From an uncultured bacterium (GTDB lineage Bacteria; Omnitrophota; Omnitrophia; Omnitrophales; JACQLI01), in NCBI GenBank assembly GCA_964372875.1, contig CAYJTB010000004.1, positions 4,343 through 68,342 of the forward strand: a stretch of 64,000 nucleotides of DNA. Reading direction: 5' to 3'. Numbering within the stretch: the stretch's first letter is position 1; the number at the start of each line of letters is the position of its first letter. The position numbers and the translations under genes are program-made. Positions 27,464-36,879 of this stretch are shown piece after piece. A model generated the notes under the pieces. That model was not told where the DNA came from, ran no database searches, and saw only the letters and a list, made by a program, of their open reading frames with translations.

Positions 27464-27500
27464 AAAGGATGCCAATAAAGATCAGGAGCATCCTTTTGAA
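27464..27500 (+). terminator. Hairpin (GGATGC-loop-GCATCC, extendable to AAAGGATGC/GCATCCTTT) followed by TTTTG, between abiEi and abiEii. It could be an intrinsic terminator or attenuator.
   Basis: A stem of 6-9 bp, a 15-nt loop and a U-run. It sits in the 105-nt gap between genes that are normally tightly coupled. Confidence 0.3.
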
Positions 27501-27549
27501 ACCCTGTGGGTTTCCTCGATGCGAGGCATCGAAGAATGGAGATGATGGG

Positions 27550-28359
27550 ATGAAAGATTACGTTCTCGAGCTCGCTCGGTCCCAAAAAGATTCAAATGCC
27601 AAACTGAACACGATGCGCGAATACCTTCAGGCTTACATTTTAAAAATCTTGCACGGGCAGGGTTTTTTTCGGACGAATGCCTTTGTGGGAGGCACAGCCT
27701 TGAGATTTCTCCATGGCTTGCCCCGTTTTTCAGAAGACTTGGATTTTTCGAAGGAGAAGCAACCCGCCGATTCTTTCGAAGCATTTTTAAAAAAACTTAA
27801 GCGCGAATTGGAGCTAGCCGGCTACGAAATCTCCATTTCCTGCCGAGATCAAAAAACCGTGCAAAAGGCATCGGTCAAATTTGAGGCCCTCCTGCACGAA
27901 GCCGGGCTTTCGCCTCTTCCGGGACAAAAATTGGCCGTCAAACTCGAGATCGATACCCATCCTCCTGAAGGAGCCGGCTTAAAAACAGAAATTGTTAACA
28001 AATATTTCCCAATCGCCTTCCTCTCGTATGACCTGCCATCCCTTTTTGCCGGAAAATTGACGGCGCTTTTTTTAAGAAGGTACACCAAGGGCCGGGATCT
28101 TTTTGATTTGGGGTGGTATCTATCCCGTTGGAGAGGGCTGGTTCCCAACCTAGCGCTTTTGCGGAACGGACTCGAACAGGCTTCTTGGCGGGGACCGCTT
28201 CCGACAGAATCAACTTGGCGGGATCCAGTTTACGGTTTCGTTGAGAAAATCGATTGGGAACGAGTTAGAGAAGACGTCCAAAATTTCCTGGAGAACCCCT
28301 CTGATTTGGATGTTTTTACCAAAGACAACGTACTTGGGCTCGTTAAGGAAAAGCGTTGA
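27550..28359 (+). CDS. abiEii: AbiEii/AbiGii-family nucleotidyltransferase toxin (DUF1814).
   Basis: TMREYLQAYILKIL...FVGGTALRFLHGLPRFSEDLDFS is the AbiEii NTase motif (GG...SxDxD). The start is taken at MKDYVLE. Confidence 0.7.
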   Translation: MKDYVLELARSQKDSNAKLNTMREYLQAYILKILHGQGFFRTNAFVGGTALRFLHGLPRFSEDLDFSKEKQPADSFEAFLKKLKRELELAGYEISISCRDQKTVQKASVKFEALLHEAGLSPLPGQKLAVKLEIDTHPPEGAGLKTEIVNKYFPIAFLSYDLPSLFAGKLTALFLRRYTKGRDLFDLGWYLSRWRGLVPNLALLRNGLEQASWRGPLPTESTWRDPVYGFVEKIDWERVREDVQNFLENPSDLDVFTKDNVLGLVKEKR

Positions 28360-28363
28360 GTTG

Positions 28364-29641
28364 ATGGACGTCATCAAAGTCGAAAGTCTTTCCAAGCAGT
28401 ATACGATCGGGGCATCGCAAAAATACCACAGCTTTCGGGAAATGCTGGCGGAGCAATTCAAAGCGCCGCTTCGTTGGATCAAGCATCGGGGGCAGCGTCG
28501 AGGGAACCAACAAAAGATTTGGGCTTTGAAGGACGTTTCCTTCGAAGTCCAACAAGGGGAAGTTGTCGGCGTAATTGGCCGGAACGGCTCCGGGAAAAGC
28601 ACGCTTCTCAAGATTCTTTCCCGGATTACAGATCCCACAAGGGGCCGTGCTGAAATCCACGGCCGGGTGGCAAGTCTCTTGGAAGTCGGAACAGGTTTTC
28701 ACCCTGAGCTTACAGGAAGAGAAAATATTTATCTGAACGGAACCATCCTTGGAATGAGACGGTGGGAGATCACGAAAAAGTTCGACGAGATCGTGGCCTT
28801 CGCCGAGATCGAAAAATTCATCGATACTCCCGTGAAGCGCTACTCGAGCGGCATGTACGTGCGTTTAGCGTTCGCCGTCGCGGCTCATCTCGAGCCAGAA
28901 ATTTTAATTGTCGATGAAGTTCTTGCGGTGGGGGATGTTGCGTTTCAAAAAAAATGTCTGGGGAAAATGGGTGATGTAGCCAAGCAGGGTAGGACGGTGC
29001 TTTTTGTTAGCCACAATATGGATGCCATTATTACCTTGTGTCAACGAGCCATTCTTTTAGTAGATGGCCATATTGGAATGGAAGGCGTTGTTGATAAAAC
29101 AGTGACGCATTTTTTGTCCCTCCTTCGTATGCAACGAAGCCAAATCCGCGGGGAAGTATCACTTACTGATCACCCCGGCCGCTTAAAAAAAACAGAACAA
29201 TTGGTTCGAATTACATACTGCAAAATATCGGATCACTTTGGTAAGCCGGAAACATTTTTTAAATCAGGAGAAGAAATTCAGATTGTCGTTGGCTATGAAA
29301 GTAAGGCTACAAAAGGAAATTTGCCCCTAGCGTTTTTTGTTATTTTCAATGACATGATGGGAAGGCGTATTTTTTGTTGTTCGAACGAATTCGTGCAGCG
29401 TTCTTTTAACACCTTGCATCCAAAAGGGGAGGTTAAGTGTGTGATTCCCAAGCTCCCTCTTGCGCCCGGCAATTACACTATTACTATTTCATGTAAGGTG
29501 GGGCCGACTTGGTCCGATGGAGTCTACGAAGCTGTGGAAGTGGAAGTGCTCAGCGGAGATTTCTTTGGAACAGGGTATTCCCCTCAAAGGGAATTTGGTA
29601 GTTCTTTGGTTCAACACCACTGGCTTCCAAATTCAAAATGA
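28364..29641 (+). CDS. wzt: Polysaccharide ABC exporter ATP-binding protein (Wzt/KpsT/TagH-like) with a C-terminal glycan-binding extension.
   Basis: Walker A GRNGSGKST, ABC signature YSSGMYVRL and Walker B ILIVDEVLAVGD. An extra roughly 190 aa of beta-rich C-terminus is typical of O-PS-terminus-binding Wzt domains. Confidence 0.85.
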   Translation: MDVIKVESLSKQYTIGASQKYHSFREMLAEQFKAPLRWIKHRGQRRGNQQKIWALKDVSFEVQQGEVVGVIGRNGSGKSTLLKILSRITDPTRGRAEIHGRVASLLEVGTGFHPELTGRENIYLNGTILGMRRWEITKKFDEIVAFAEIEKFIDTPVKRYSSGMYVRLAFAVAAHLEPEILIVDEVLAVGDVAFQKKCLGKMGDVAKQGRTVLFVSHNMDAIITLCQRAILLVDGHIGMEGVVDKTVTHFLSLLRMQRSQIRGEVSLTDHPGRLKKTEQLVRITYCKISDHFGKPETFFKSGEEIQIVVGYESKATKGNLPLAFFVIFNDMMGRRIFCCSNEFVQRSFNTLHPKGEVKCVIPKLPLAPGNYTITISCKVGPTWSDGVYEAVEVEVLSGDFFGTGYSPQREFGSSLVQHHWLPNSK

Positions 29642-30705
29642 AAAAGAAAGTTTTAATCACAGGCAGTAGTGGGCTCATAGGTTCCGAAGCCGTGACTTTC
29701 TTCGATGAACGTGGCTGGGAAGTCCACGGCATTGATAACAATATGCGGGGAAAGTTTTTTCCGAAGGATGGAGACACTACTTGGAATTTTGAACGTTTAA
29801 AATCAATAACGCGGCATTTCAATCACTATCCTCTGGATATCCGAAACCGGGATGCGATATTGAAATTCGTTCAAGAAAATAGACCCAACCTCGTGATCCA
29901 TTGCGCCGCGCAGCCTTCTCACGATTTGGCCAAAGATATCCCTTTTGATGACTTCGAGATTAATGCCGGGGGGACTCTCAATCTTCTGGAAGCAGTTCGT
30001 CATTATGCCACAGAATCCCCTTTTATTTTCATGAGTACCAATAAGGTTTATGGGGATGCCCCGAATGATTTATCTCTTACAGAGCTCCAAACACGATACG
30101 ACTATGCGGACCAAAAATATTATAAAGGTATCAATGAAACGTGCCGGATTGATGCTTCGACGCACAGCCTTTTCGGGGCCTCCAAATTGGCGGCAGATAT
30201 TATGGTCCAAGAATACGGTCGGTATTTTGGAATTCCTACCGTTTGTTTTCGCGGTTCCTGTCTTACGGGGCCCAATCATTCAGGGGCTGAGATGCATGGA
30301 TTTTTAGCCTATCTGGCTCGCTGTGTCAGGGAAGGCAGGGCGTATCGCATCTACGGGTATAAGGGAAAACAGGTGCGGGACAACATTCATTCTTTGGATG
30401 TTTGCCGGGCCTTCATGGCTTTTTATGAAAACCCACGCATTGCCGCCGTGTACAATTTGGGAGGAGGTCGCGCCAATAGCGTATCCGTGATTGAAGCCAT
30501 TGGCTGTTTTGAAAATCTCATGGGAAAGAAACTTGAAACCGAATATGTGGCAGAAGCCAGAAAAGGCGACCATATTTGTTATATTACCGACATGGGCCGA
30601 TTTAAATCCGATTATCCTACCTGGGAAATCGCCCGCTCACTAGATAACATCTTTTTAGAGCTGGTTCAAAATGTGCACACGGGCAGTCGCACGGGCCGAG
30701 GGTAA
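29638..30705 (+). CDS. NAD-dependent epimerase/dehydratase, CDP-paratose 2-epimerase (Tyv/RfbE)-like.
   Basis: ITGSSGLIGS Rossmann motif. The FEINAGGTLNLLEAVRHY block matches the CDP-tyvelose epimerase FEINVGGTLNLLEAVRQY block. YxxxK is present. Confidence 0.6.
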   Translation: MKKKVLITGSSGLIGSEAVTFFDERGWEVHGIDNNMRGKFFPKDGDTTWNFERLKSITRHFNHYPLDIRNRDAILKFVQENRPNLVIHCAAQPSHDLAKDIPFDDFEINAGGTLNLLEAVRHYATESPFIFMSTNKVYGDAPNDLSLTELQTRYDYADQKYYKGINETCRIDASTHSLFGASKLAADIMVQEYGRYFGIPTVCFRGSCLTGPNHSGAEMHGFLAYLARCVREGRAYRIYGYKGKQVRDNIHSLDVCRAFMAFYENPRIAAVYNLGGGRANSVSVIEAIGCFENLMGKKLETEYVAEARKGDHICYITDMGRFKSDYPTWEIARSLDNIFLELVQNVHTGSRTGRG

Positions 30706-30708
30706 CCG

Positions 30709-32022
30709 ATGCGCGTTATGGCCTTTAACCCTATCCGAGTTGTTCACCTAAGCACCACCGATGGTCCTGGAGGTGCAGCTCGCGCCGCGATGCGTCTACA
30801 TTCAGGGCTTCGCCGATTAGGGACTGAATCTCAGATGTTGGTAACGGAGAAGAAGACTTCCGACCCCCACGTAAGGACCATCCCTCTTAGTTCGAATTTG
30901 ACGAGTAGGTTAAAGAGGTTTGTCCTACGGAGAGAGCTGGAGTGGGACTTTCGTCCCTACCAGAGAAAGCGTCCCGAAGATTCGCCAGCCTTTGATCAAG
31001 AACGGAGTGTCTACGGGGAAGCCGTCATTCAGGAGATCTCTTCTCCGGATATTGTCAATCTCCACTGGGTTCCCCGCTTCCTCGATTATTCCTCCTTTTT
31101 CTCAACGTTCCCCAGCCGGATCCCCATCGTGTGGACCTTGCATGACATGGGTCCCTTCACAGGCGGATGTCGCTATGACCAAGAATGTGGAAAGTGGCAA
31201 GATCAATGCGGGGCCTGTCCACAACTCAGCTCGAGCAACTCGAACGATCTCTCCCACAAGATTTGGAAGAGGAAATCAAAGATTTTCTCAAGGCTCGGGA
31301 AAGAAGATCTCTGCGTTGTGGCCAACAGTTTTTGGCTGGCGGGGCAAGCCGGGAAAAGCCCCCTGTTTTCAAAGTTTGAAATTCGTACGATTCATTATGG
31401 TTTGGACACGAATGTCTTTACGCCCCAAAAGCACCGTCTTCTAAGGTCAACCCTCAATATTCCCGATGAAACATTCGTCATCCTTTTCGTTTCCGCATCG
31501 CTCGACTTTCCCAGAAAAGGGTTTTCGCTATTAAGAGATTCGTTGGTTCATCCGCATAAGGAAGGATTTTTGCTTTTGCTTGTCGGTAGCGGTAATCCTG
31601 CCGGCGTGGAGAAGATTCCTCATCGATCCTTAGGTTACGTGCAGGACGATTTTTTGCTTTCCTTGGCCTATAACGCGGCGGATATTTCCGTGGTTCCTTC
31701 ATTACAAGAAGCATTTGGGCAAACTGCGCTCGAGTCATTGGCTTGCGGAGTCCCCGTTGTTGGCTTCGAAACGGGAGGGATTCCGGATATGGTCGTCCCT
31801 GGGTCAACGGGACTCTTGGCAAACAAAGGAGACGCTTCCGACCTGGGCCGGAAAATCAAATGGATGATGGAGCACCCGGAAGAGCGAAAACGGATGGGAG
31901 TTCAGGCGAGAAAGATGGTGGAAGAAAAATTTTCGCTCGAGGTTCAGGCAAGAAACTACAAGGCACTTTATGAAGAGTTGCTGGAACGAAAGGCAGAACC
32001 TTGCATATCGCGTTCATCGTAG
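30709..32022 (+). CDS. Glycosyltransferase family 4.
   Basis: GT-B fold with a C-terminal EAFGQTALESLACGVPVVG E-x7-E motif. Confidence 0.7.
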   Translation: MRVMAFNPIRVVHLSTTDGPGGAARAAMRLHSGLRRLGTESQMLVTEKKTSDPHVRTIPLSSNLTSRLKRFVLRRELEWDFRPYQRKRPEDSPAFDQERSVYGEAVIQEISSPDIVNLHWVPRFLDYSSFFSTFPSRIPIVWTLHDMGPFTGGCRYDQECGKWQDQCGACPQLSSSNSNDLSHKIWKRKSKIFSRLGKEDLCVVANSFWLAGQAGKSPLFSKFEIRTIHYGLDTNVFTPQKHRLLRSTLNIPDETFVILFVSASLDFPRKGFSLLRDSLVHPHKEGFLLLLVGSGNPAGVEKIPHRSLGYVQDDFLLSLAYNAADISVVPSLQEAFGQTALESLACGVPVVGFETGGIPDMVVPGSTGLLANKGDASDLGRKIKWMMEHPEERKRMGVQARKMVEEKFSLEVQARNYKALYEELLERKAEPCISRSS

Positions 32023-33326
32023 AGAATATTCCCAATCCATCGACGGGCGGAGGCGCCATTACGGGTTGGTCCCTTATCCAGGCTTTTCTCGAGCATGGAC
32101 ATCGTTTGACAGCGATTCCCTTGATCCCAGCCTCAGATTTGGAAGAAGCCGAAACAAAAAAACGTCTTGAGGCTTTGCGAATAACGGGGGCCGGTGTCAT
32201 CCCTTTTCCCGTTCATCTTTCTGGGACTTCAAGAAATCATCAAAACTCGTGGCAGAGAAAACTCATGTCGCTTTACCACACATTTTTTCCAAGAATTTCT
32301 GATTATTACCCTTGGGCCTCGCTGGCCCCCGAAATGAAAATCGTCCTTCGCCAGATCCAACCCGATGCAATCTTAACTTATCATTGGCCGCCAACCGCCT
32401 CCCTGGCCGGGATCACAGACATCGCGCCGAGGATGGCGACAATAGGAGATCTTGATTTTTTAGTCGGCCGTTATCGGAATCAAATTGAGCAGTCTTTCAG
32501 AAAAGTTCGGGGAAATAAAATCCCTCTCTGGCGGCAAGTCTATCACTCGCTTAGGGGCCTTGTTTCTTATCTCCAACAGTCTCGAATCATGATTCAGCTC
32601 CTGCGTGAATATGACAACGTGGGATCTTTCTCCTCTCATCACGCTGAATGGATACGGCGGAGGGGACTTTCTCATTGTCATTATCTTCATACCCCCGTTC
32701 CTGACGGAGGAGGAGCCCGTTGGTATGATCGACGGAAGGCGAAAGGCCGCCAAAACAAGCTTGTAATCTTGATGATCGGTCACCTCGGTGGAACGGCGAC
32801 TCTATCGGGGCTCTATTTGTTTGTAAAGAAAACACTTCCTAGCTTGGAGAAAAAATTGGGAACCGGTGGGTTTGAAGTCCGCATAGTGGGCGGAGAAACT
32901 TTGCCTCCTGATTTGTTTCAAATGTTGAATCGTCCCTCAGTCCAATTTCTGGGTCATAAGGAGCATCCGGATGATGAGTTTCTCTCGGCGGATATTTTGC
33001 TTGTTCCGACACCCATTAAATTAGGAAATCGGGTACGAATTGTTGTCGGATGGTCCTTCGGCTGTTGTGTGGTTGCGCATCGGGCCAATGCGTTTGGAAT
33101 TCCGGAGATGATCCATGGAGAAAATGCATTGCTTGCGGAGGATGGAAATGACCTTGCAAAGTCGGTCCTGCGTGCGTTGGGGGATCTTTCTTTACGGGAG
33201 AAACTAGGCAAAGCGGGCCGCCAAACCTATGAAAAATATTTTAGCCCTTCGGCCGCGGGCGGCAGGATTGTTGAAGAATTGGAAAATATTTCAAGCGCTC
33301 AAACTGAAAAGGCGATGACCCTTTGA
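32001..33326 (+). CDS. Glycosyltransferase, GT-B fold (GT4-like).
   Basis: An N-terminal Rossmann-like domain (MHIAFIVENIP..GGG) and a C-terminal nucleotide-sugar-binding domain (ILLVPTPIKLGNRVRIVVGWSFGCCVVAH). Confidence 0.6.
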   Translation: MHIAFIVENIPNPSTGGGAITGWSLIQAFLEHGHRLTAIPLIPASDLEEAETKKRLEALRITGAGVIPFPVHLSGTSRNHQNSWQRKLMSLYHTFFPRISDYYPWASLAPEMKIVLRQIQPDAILTYHWPPTASLAGITDIAPRMATIGDLDFLVGRYRNQIEQSFRKVRGNKIPLWRQVYHSLRGLVSYLQQSRIMIQLLREYDNVGSFSSHHAEWIRRRGLSHCHYLHTPVPDGGGARWYDRRKAKGRQNKLVILMIGHLGGTATLSGLYLFVKKTLPSLEKKLGTGGFEVRIVGGETLPPDLFQMLNRPSVQFLGHKEHPDDEFLSADILLVPTPIKLGNRVRIVVGWSFGCCVVAHRANAFGIPEMIHGENALLAEDGNDLAKSVLRALGDLSLREKLGKAGRQTYEKYFSPSAAGGRIVEELENISSAQTEKAMTL

Positions 33327-34300
33327 GAAAAAAAAGAATTCTTGTAACCGGGGGCGCCGGATTCATAGGCAGTCACATGGTTGACCGCCTGATCAAAGAG
33401 GGTCATGAAGTCGTTGTGATCGATAATGAATCAACAGGCGTCCAAGAAAATGTGAATCCTTCCGCTGATTACATTCGAGGTGATGTGACGAGCATCAACG
33501 ACCTCGACAAGGTATTTAGAAAAAAATTAGACCTCGTTTTTCATATTGCGGGACAAGCTTCAATCGTCCAATCCTTTATTGAACCGGAACGCGATCTCTC
33601 AGTCAATGTGATGGGCACAATCAATGTAGTCAAAAAGTGCGTGGAATATCAAGTTCCCAGATTGCTTTACGCCAGCTCCATGATGATTTACGGAATTTCT
33701 AAAGCGGCGTTAGTTTCTGAAGCTGAACCCTGCGTTCCCAATTCCTATTATGGAATTACCAAATATGCGGCGGAACGTTATGTTCACGTCAGTTCAGAAC
33801 GACCCGATCTGGATTTTAAACTTCATGTTACCTCCTTCCGGATGTTCAATGTCTACGGTGAGCGGCAGAGTTTGAACAATCCTTACCAAGGGGTATTGGC
33901 GATTTTTATTGGAAATATTCTGCGTAACGAACCGATCACAATTTATTCCGATGGTAATCAATCAAGAGACTTTGTACATATCAGGGATGTGGTGGAGGCG
34001 TGGATCCAAGCGATCGATTGCCCCGCAACGCATGGACTCGTCATCAATTTGGGGACGGGAAATTCATGTTCCGTCAACCGGCTGGCCGATTTAACACTCG
34101 CAGCTTTGGGCAGGTCCCGAAAGGATTATCCGATTCTTTCCGGAGCGGAGCGTCCGGGCGATCAGCGCTCTATAACAGCCGACATTAGCCGGGCCCGCAC
34201 AATTTTAAAATGGAATCCAAAAGTTTCACTCGACGAAGGGATGAAATCAACCATTCATTGGGCAGCCTCACATAACCGGTCCATTCAGGCGAAACGATAA
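33323..34300 (+). CDS. NAD-dependent sugar epimerase/dehydratase (extended SDR).
   Basis: VTGGAGFIGSHMV Rossmann motif and YGITKYAAERY (YxxxK). Confidence 0.75.
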   Translation: MRKKRILVTGGAGFIGSHMVDRLIKEGHEVVVIDNESTGVQENVNPSADYIRGDVTSINDLDKVFRKKLDLVFHIAGQASIVQSFIEPERDLSVNVMGTINVVKKCVEYQVPRLLYASSMMIYGISKAALVSEAEPCVPNSYYGITKYAAERYVHVSSERPDLDFKLHVTSFRMFNVYGERQSLNNPYQGVLAIFIGNILRNEPITIYSDGNQSRDFVHIRDVVEAWIQAIDCPATHGLVINLGTGNSCSVNRLADLTLAALGRSRKDYPILSGAERPGDQRSITADISRARTILKWNPKVSLDEGMKSTIHWAASHNRSIQAKR

Positions 34301-34317
34301 AACAGAGCGTTTAACAA

Positions 34318-35049
34318 ATGTCAAAGATGGTAAACGTTCTTATATCCCGTTTATTTAAGCAAAATCCGCAGGCCGTATTTGAGGCGCTCGGGCCGTTGTT
34401 AAATCGAAATCCGAATCTGGATAACATGCCTTTCGACTTTTCTCCGGGCAGCGACCTTCAGTTTGAGCATCTTGCAGGATTATTTGCGGACACTTCCCTC
34501 AACCATGGTGTGATTTCGATGACCATTCGGCAGGCCGCTTATCTTTTTGGACTTATTCGTCAAATCAAAGCTCGCAAAATCATTGAAATTGGGCGCTACA
34601 AAGGAGGCTCTACGCTGCTAATGGCGGCGGCAATGGGAAAAGAGGGAGAGCTCTGGTCGATTGATTGCGGCGAAAAAAAGGCTCGTCTTTATCAAAAAAC
34701 CACATCGCGATCTTTCGACGAGCAGCTTACGGATTTAAGTCAGCGTCTGGGGCTTAAAATTCACATCATTGCAGGCGATTCTCGAACCGTGGAAATTGAA
34801 ACAGGAGAAGTCGATCTGGTGTTGATTGACGGCGATCACAGTTATGAAGGAGCAAAGAATGATTTTGAACGATTCGGCACACGTGTGCGCCAAGGAGGTG
34901 CTTTATTGTTTGATGATGCATTCGATGAAACGCTTTCCAAAACGCATTCTGAGACAGTCGGTCGTCTCGTGGGAGAAATCCTCGCTCGTGGCGATTTTAA
35001 GTTGATCAAAACCGTCCATCGTATGGCGCATTTGCAAAGGATAAAGTAA
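34318..35049 (+). CDS. Class I SAM-dependent O-methyltransferase (CmcI / Methyltransf_24-like).
   Basis: IIEIGRYKGGST (motif I) and VDLVLIDGDHSYEGAKNDFE, typical of the CmcI/macrocin-OMT-like family. Confidence 0.65.
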   Translation: MSKMVNVLISRLFKQNPQAVFEALGPLLNRNPNLDNMPFDFSPGSDLQFEHLAGLFADTSLNHGVISMTIRQAAYLFGLIRQIKARKIIEIGRYKGGSTLLMAAAMGKEGELWSIDCGEKKARLYQKTTSRSFDEQLTDLSQRLGLKIHIIAGDSRTVEIETGEVDLVLIDGDHSYEGAKNDFERFGTRVRQGGALLFDDAFDETLSKTHSETVGRLVGEILARGDFKLIKTVHRMAHLQRIK

Positions 35050-35062
35050 ACCAAAAATAGCG

Positions 35063-35878
35063 ATGAGCACCCTTCTGGAACAGGACACCCAACAACTTAA
35101 GACCAAGATTATCATGTGGGCGCATGAAATTGAAACCTGGAACATCGAATGGCGCACAGGAATTTATCCGGGAGAAATGGCAGCATTTCTTGGGATGTGC
35201 GATTTATATAAAATTCGCTCCATCATCGAATCAGGACGCGGGGAAGATGCTTACTCAACCTATGTTCTTGGTGAATATGCTGAAAGAGCCGGTATCGAGG
35301 TTGTTTCGGCGGACTATCAACCCATCGAAGAGAAAAAAGCTTTGGGGGCGCTCAGGCGTTACCGCCATTTGAATTTTCTGGCAGGAGACATTTTCAATCT
35401 TTTCCCCTCCGCCATCAAAAATCTTCAACCTCCGGTAGCGTTATTACTGGATGGTCCTAAGTTTCAACTTGCCAATCGACTTTCCTTTGTGGCCAGCATG
35501 ATGTTTGATATCCAGGTGTTAGCCCACCATAACTGTTTTTTATCCTCCGTTTGGGGTCAGGAATTCTCGGGCCTATTTCCCGGCGCTTTTCACTATGAAG
35601 AACTGAATTTATCAGTGATGCCTGAGTGGCAAGGATTTAAGCGATGGGAATTCGATTGGACCCATGGCTATGAACAGTTTGACAAAGAACACAACGTCAT
35701 GGGACGTTCTCTTAAGGCTTCATCTTTAGCGTTGGCCCACATTCCACAGAAACGGTCGCTCGGATCTGTCATTCGATTTCAGCGAAGATTGTTAAACCTA
35801 AATCATCTAAAACTTTGGACAAAATGGTTCATTCTCAATAGAGATCCTGCGGCACCAAGCCGCATAGGTAAAAAATGA
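35063..35878 (+). CDS. Hypothetical protein, possibly a divergent CmcI-like methyltransferase paralog.
   Basis: IIESGRGEDAYSTYVLG and VALLLDGPKFQ blocks weakly parallel motif I and the LIDGDH block of the preceding methyltransferase. Confidence 0.3.
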   Translation: MSTLLEQDTQQLKTKIIMWAHEIETWNIEWRTGIYPGEMAAFLGMCDLYKIRSIIESGRGEDAYSTYVLGEYAERAGIEVVSADYQPIEEKKALGALRRYRHLNFLAGDIFNLFPSAIKNLQPPVALLLDGPKFQLANRLSFVASMMFDIQVLAHHNCFLSSVWGQEFSGLFPGAFHYEELNLSVMPEWQGFKRWEFDWTHGYEQFDKEHNVMGRSLKASSLALAHIPQKRSLGSVIRFQRRLLNLNHLKLWTKWFILNRDPAAPSRIGKK

Positions 35879-36879
35879 ACACTACGATTATTGCTGAAGT
35901 TGGTTCTGTTCATGATGGGAGTCTTGGCATTGCCGGGCGCCTTATCGATGTCGCTAGCGAATGCGGTGTCGATACGGTTAAATTCCAAACTCATGTTGCG
36001 TCGGCCGAGACTTTGAAAAATGCACCGACACCCCCTTATTTCAATAACGAATCTCGATACCAATACTTTGAACGGACTTCGTTTCAACGGGATGGCTGGC
36101 TAACCCTCAAAATGCATTGTGAAAAAAACGGGGTTGAATTTCTTTCTTCGCCTTTTTGTGTCGAAGCCGTCGAACTCTTAGAGAAGCTCGGCGTGAAACG
36201 CTACAAAGTTCCTTCAGGCGAGGTCACTAATTTAATTCTATTGGAGGAGATTGCCAAACTCGGTAAGCCTATCCTTTTATCTTCCGGGATGAGTTCATGG
36301 TCCGAGTTGGACGAAGCAGTCAACACAGTTTTATCTCATCATAATCATCTCACCATTCTTCAGTGCACTTCGGCTTACCCTTGTCCTTATGAGCAAGTGG
36401 GTTTAAACGTTTTATTGGAGATGAAAGACCGCTACAAACTTCCTGTGGGACTTTCCGATCACACCTTGACCAATTACGCTGCATTTGCAGCCGTAACGCT
36501 AGGGGCGGTCGTGATTGAGAAACATTTTACTCTGAGCCGTCAGATGTATGGCAGCGATGCGAAGCATTCTCTAGAACCGCCAGAGTTTACCGAACTCGTC
36601 CAAGGAATCCGAGCTATCGAGACGATCCTGGCGCATCCCGTTGATAAAAATGATGTAAAACCATTCCAAGCGATGAAGGAGATTTTCGAAAAAAGTTTAG
36701 TTTCATTAGTTGATATTCCTGCAGGAGCGGTAATCACCAAAGAGATGATCGGCTTGAAGAAGCCGGGAAGCGGTTTGCCCGCGCGGCGGCATCAAGATAT
36801 TCTCGGACACCGGGCCGCTTGTCACATTCGTGCCAATCAAACAATTTCAGAAAAGGACATTGACTGGAAAAATGCGTAA
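35875..36879 (+). CDS. neuB: Nonulosonic acid (N-acetylneuraminate / legionaminate / pseudaminate-type) synthase.
   Basis: A NeuB TIM-barrel N-terminus (IIAEVGSVHDGSLGIAGRLIDVA...KFQTH) and a C-terminal SAF antifreeze-like domain. Confidence 0.85.
   Translation: MNTTIIAEVGSVHDGSLGIAGRLIDVASECGVDTVKFQTHVASAETLKNAPTPPYFNNESRYQYFERTSFQRDGWLTLKMHCEKNGVEFLSSPFCVEAVELLEKLGVKRYKVPSGEVTNLILLEEIAKLGKPILLSSGMSSWSELDEAVNTVLSHHNHLTILQCTSAYPCPYEQVGLNVLLEMKDRYKLPVGLSDHTLTNYAAFAAVTLGAVVIEKHFTLSRQMYGSDAKHSLEPPEFTELVQGIRAIETILAHPVDKNDVKPFQAMKEIFEKSLVSLVDIPAGAVITKEMIGLKKPGSGLPARRHQDILGHRAACHIRANQTISEKDIDWKNA

Noticed and set aside
28241-28363. The N-terminal extension of the Wzt ORF (tool ORF start at 28241).
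   Set aside because: The extension overlaps the abiEii C-terminus in another frame and has no ABC homology. The conserved ATPase begins at MDVIKVESLSKQY (28364).
31478-32200. Minus-strand ORFs of 114 aa antisense to GT4 genes, and similar antisense ORFs throughout the glycan locus.
   Set aside because: Their Arg/Pro-rich low-complexity translations are typical of antisense frames of GC-balanced coding DNA, and there is no support for them.
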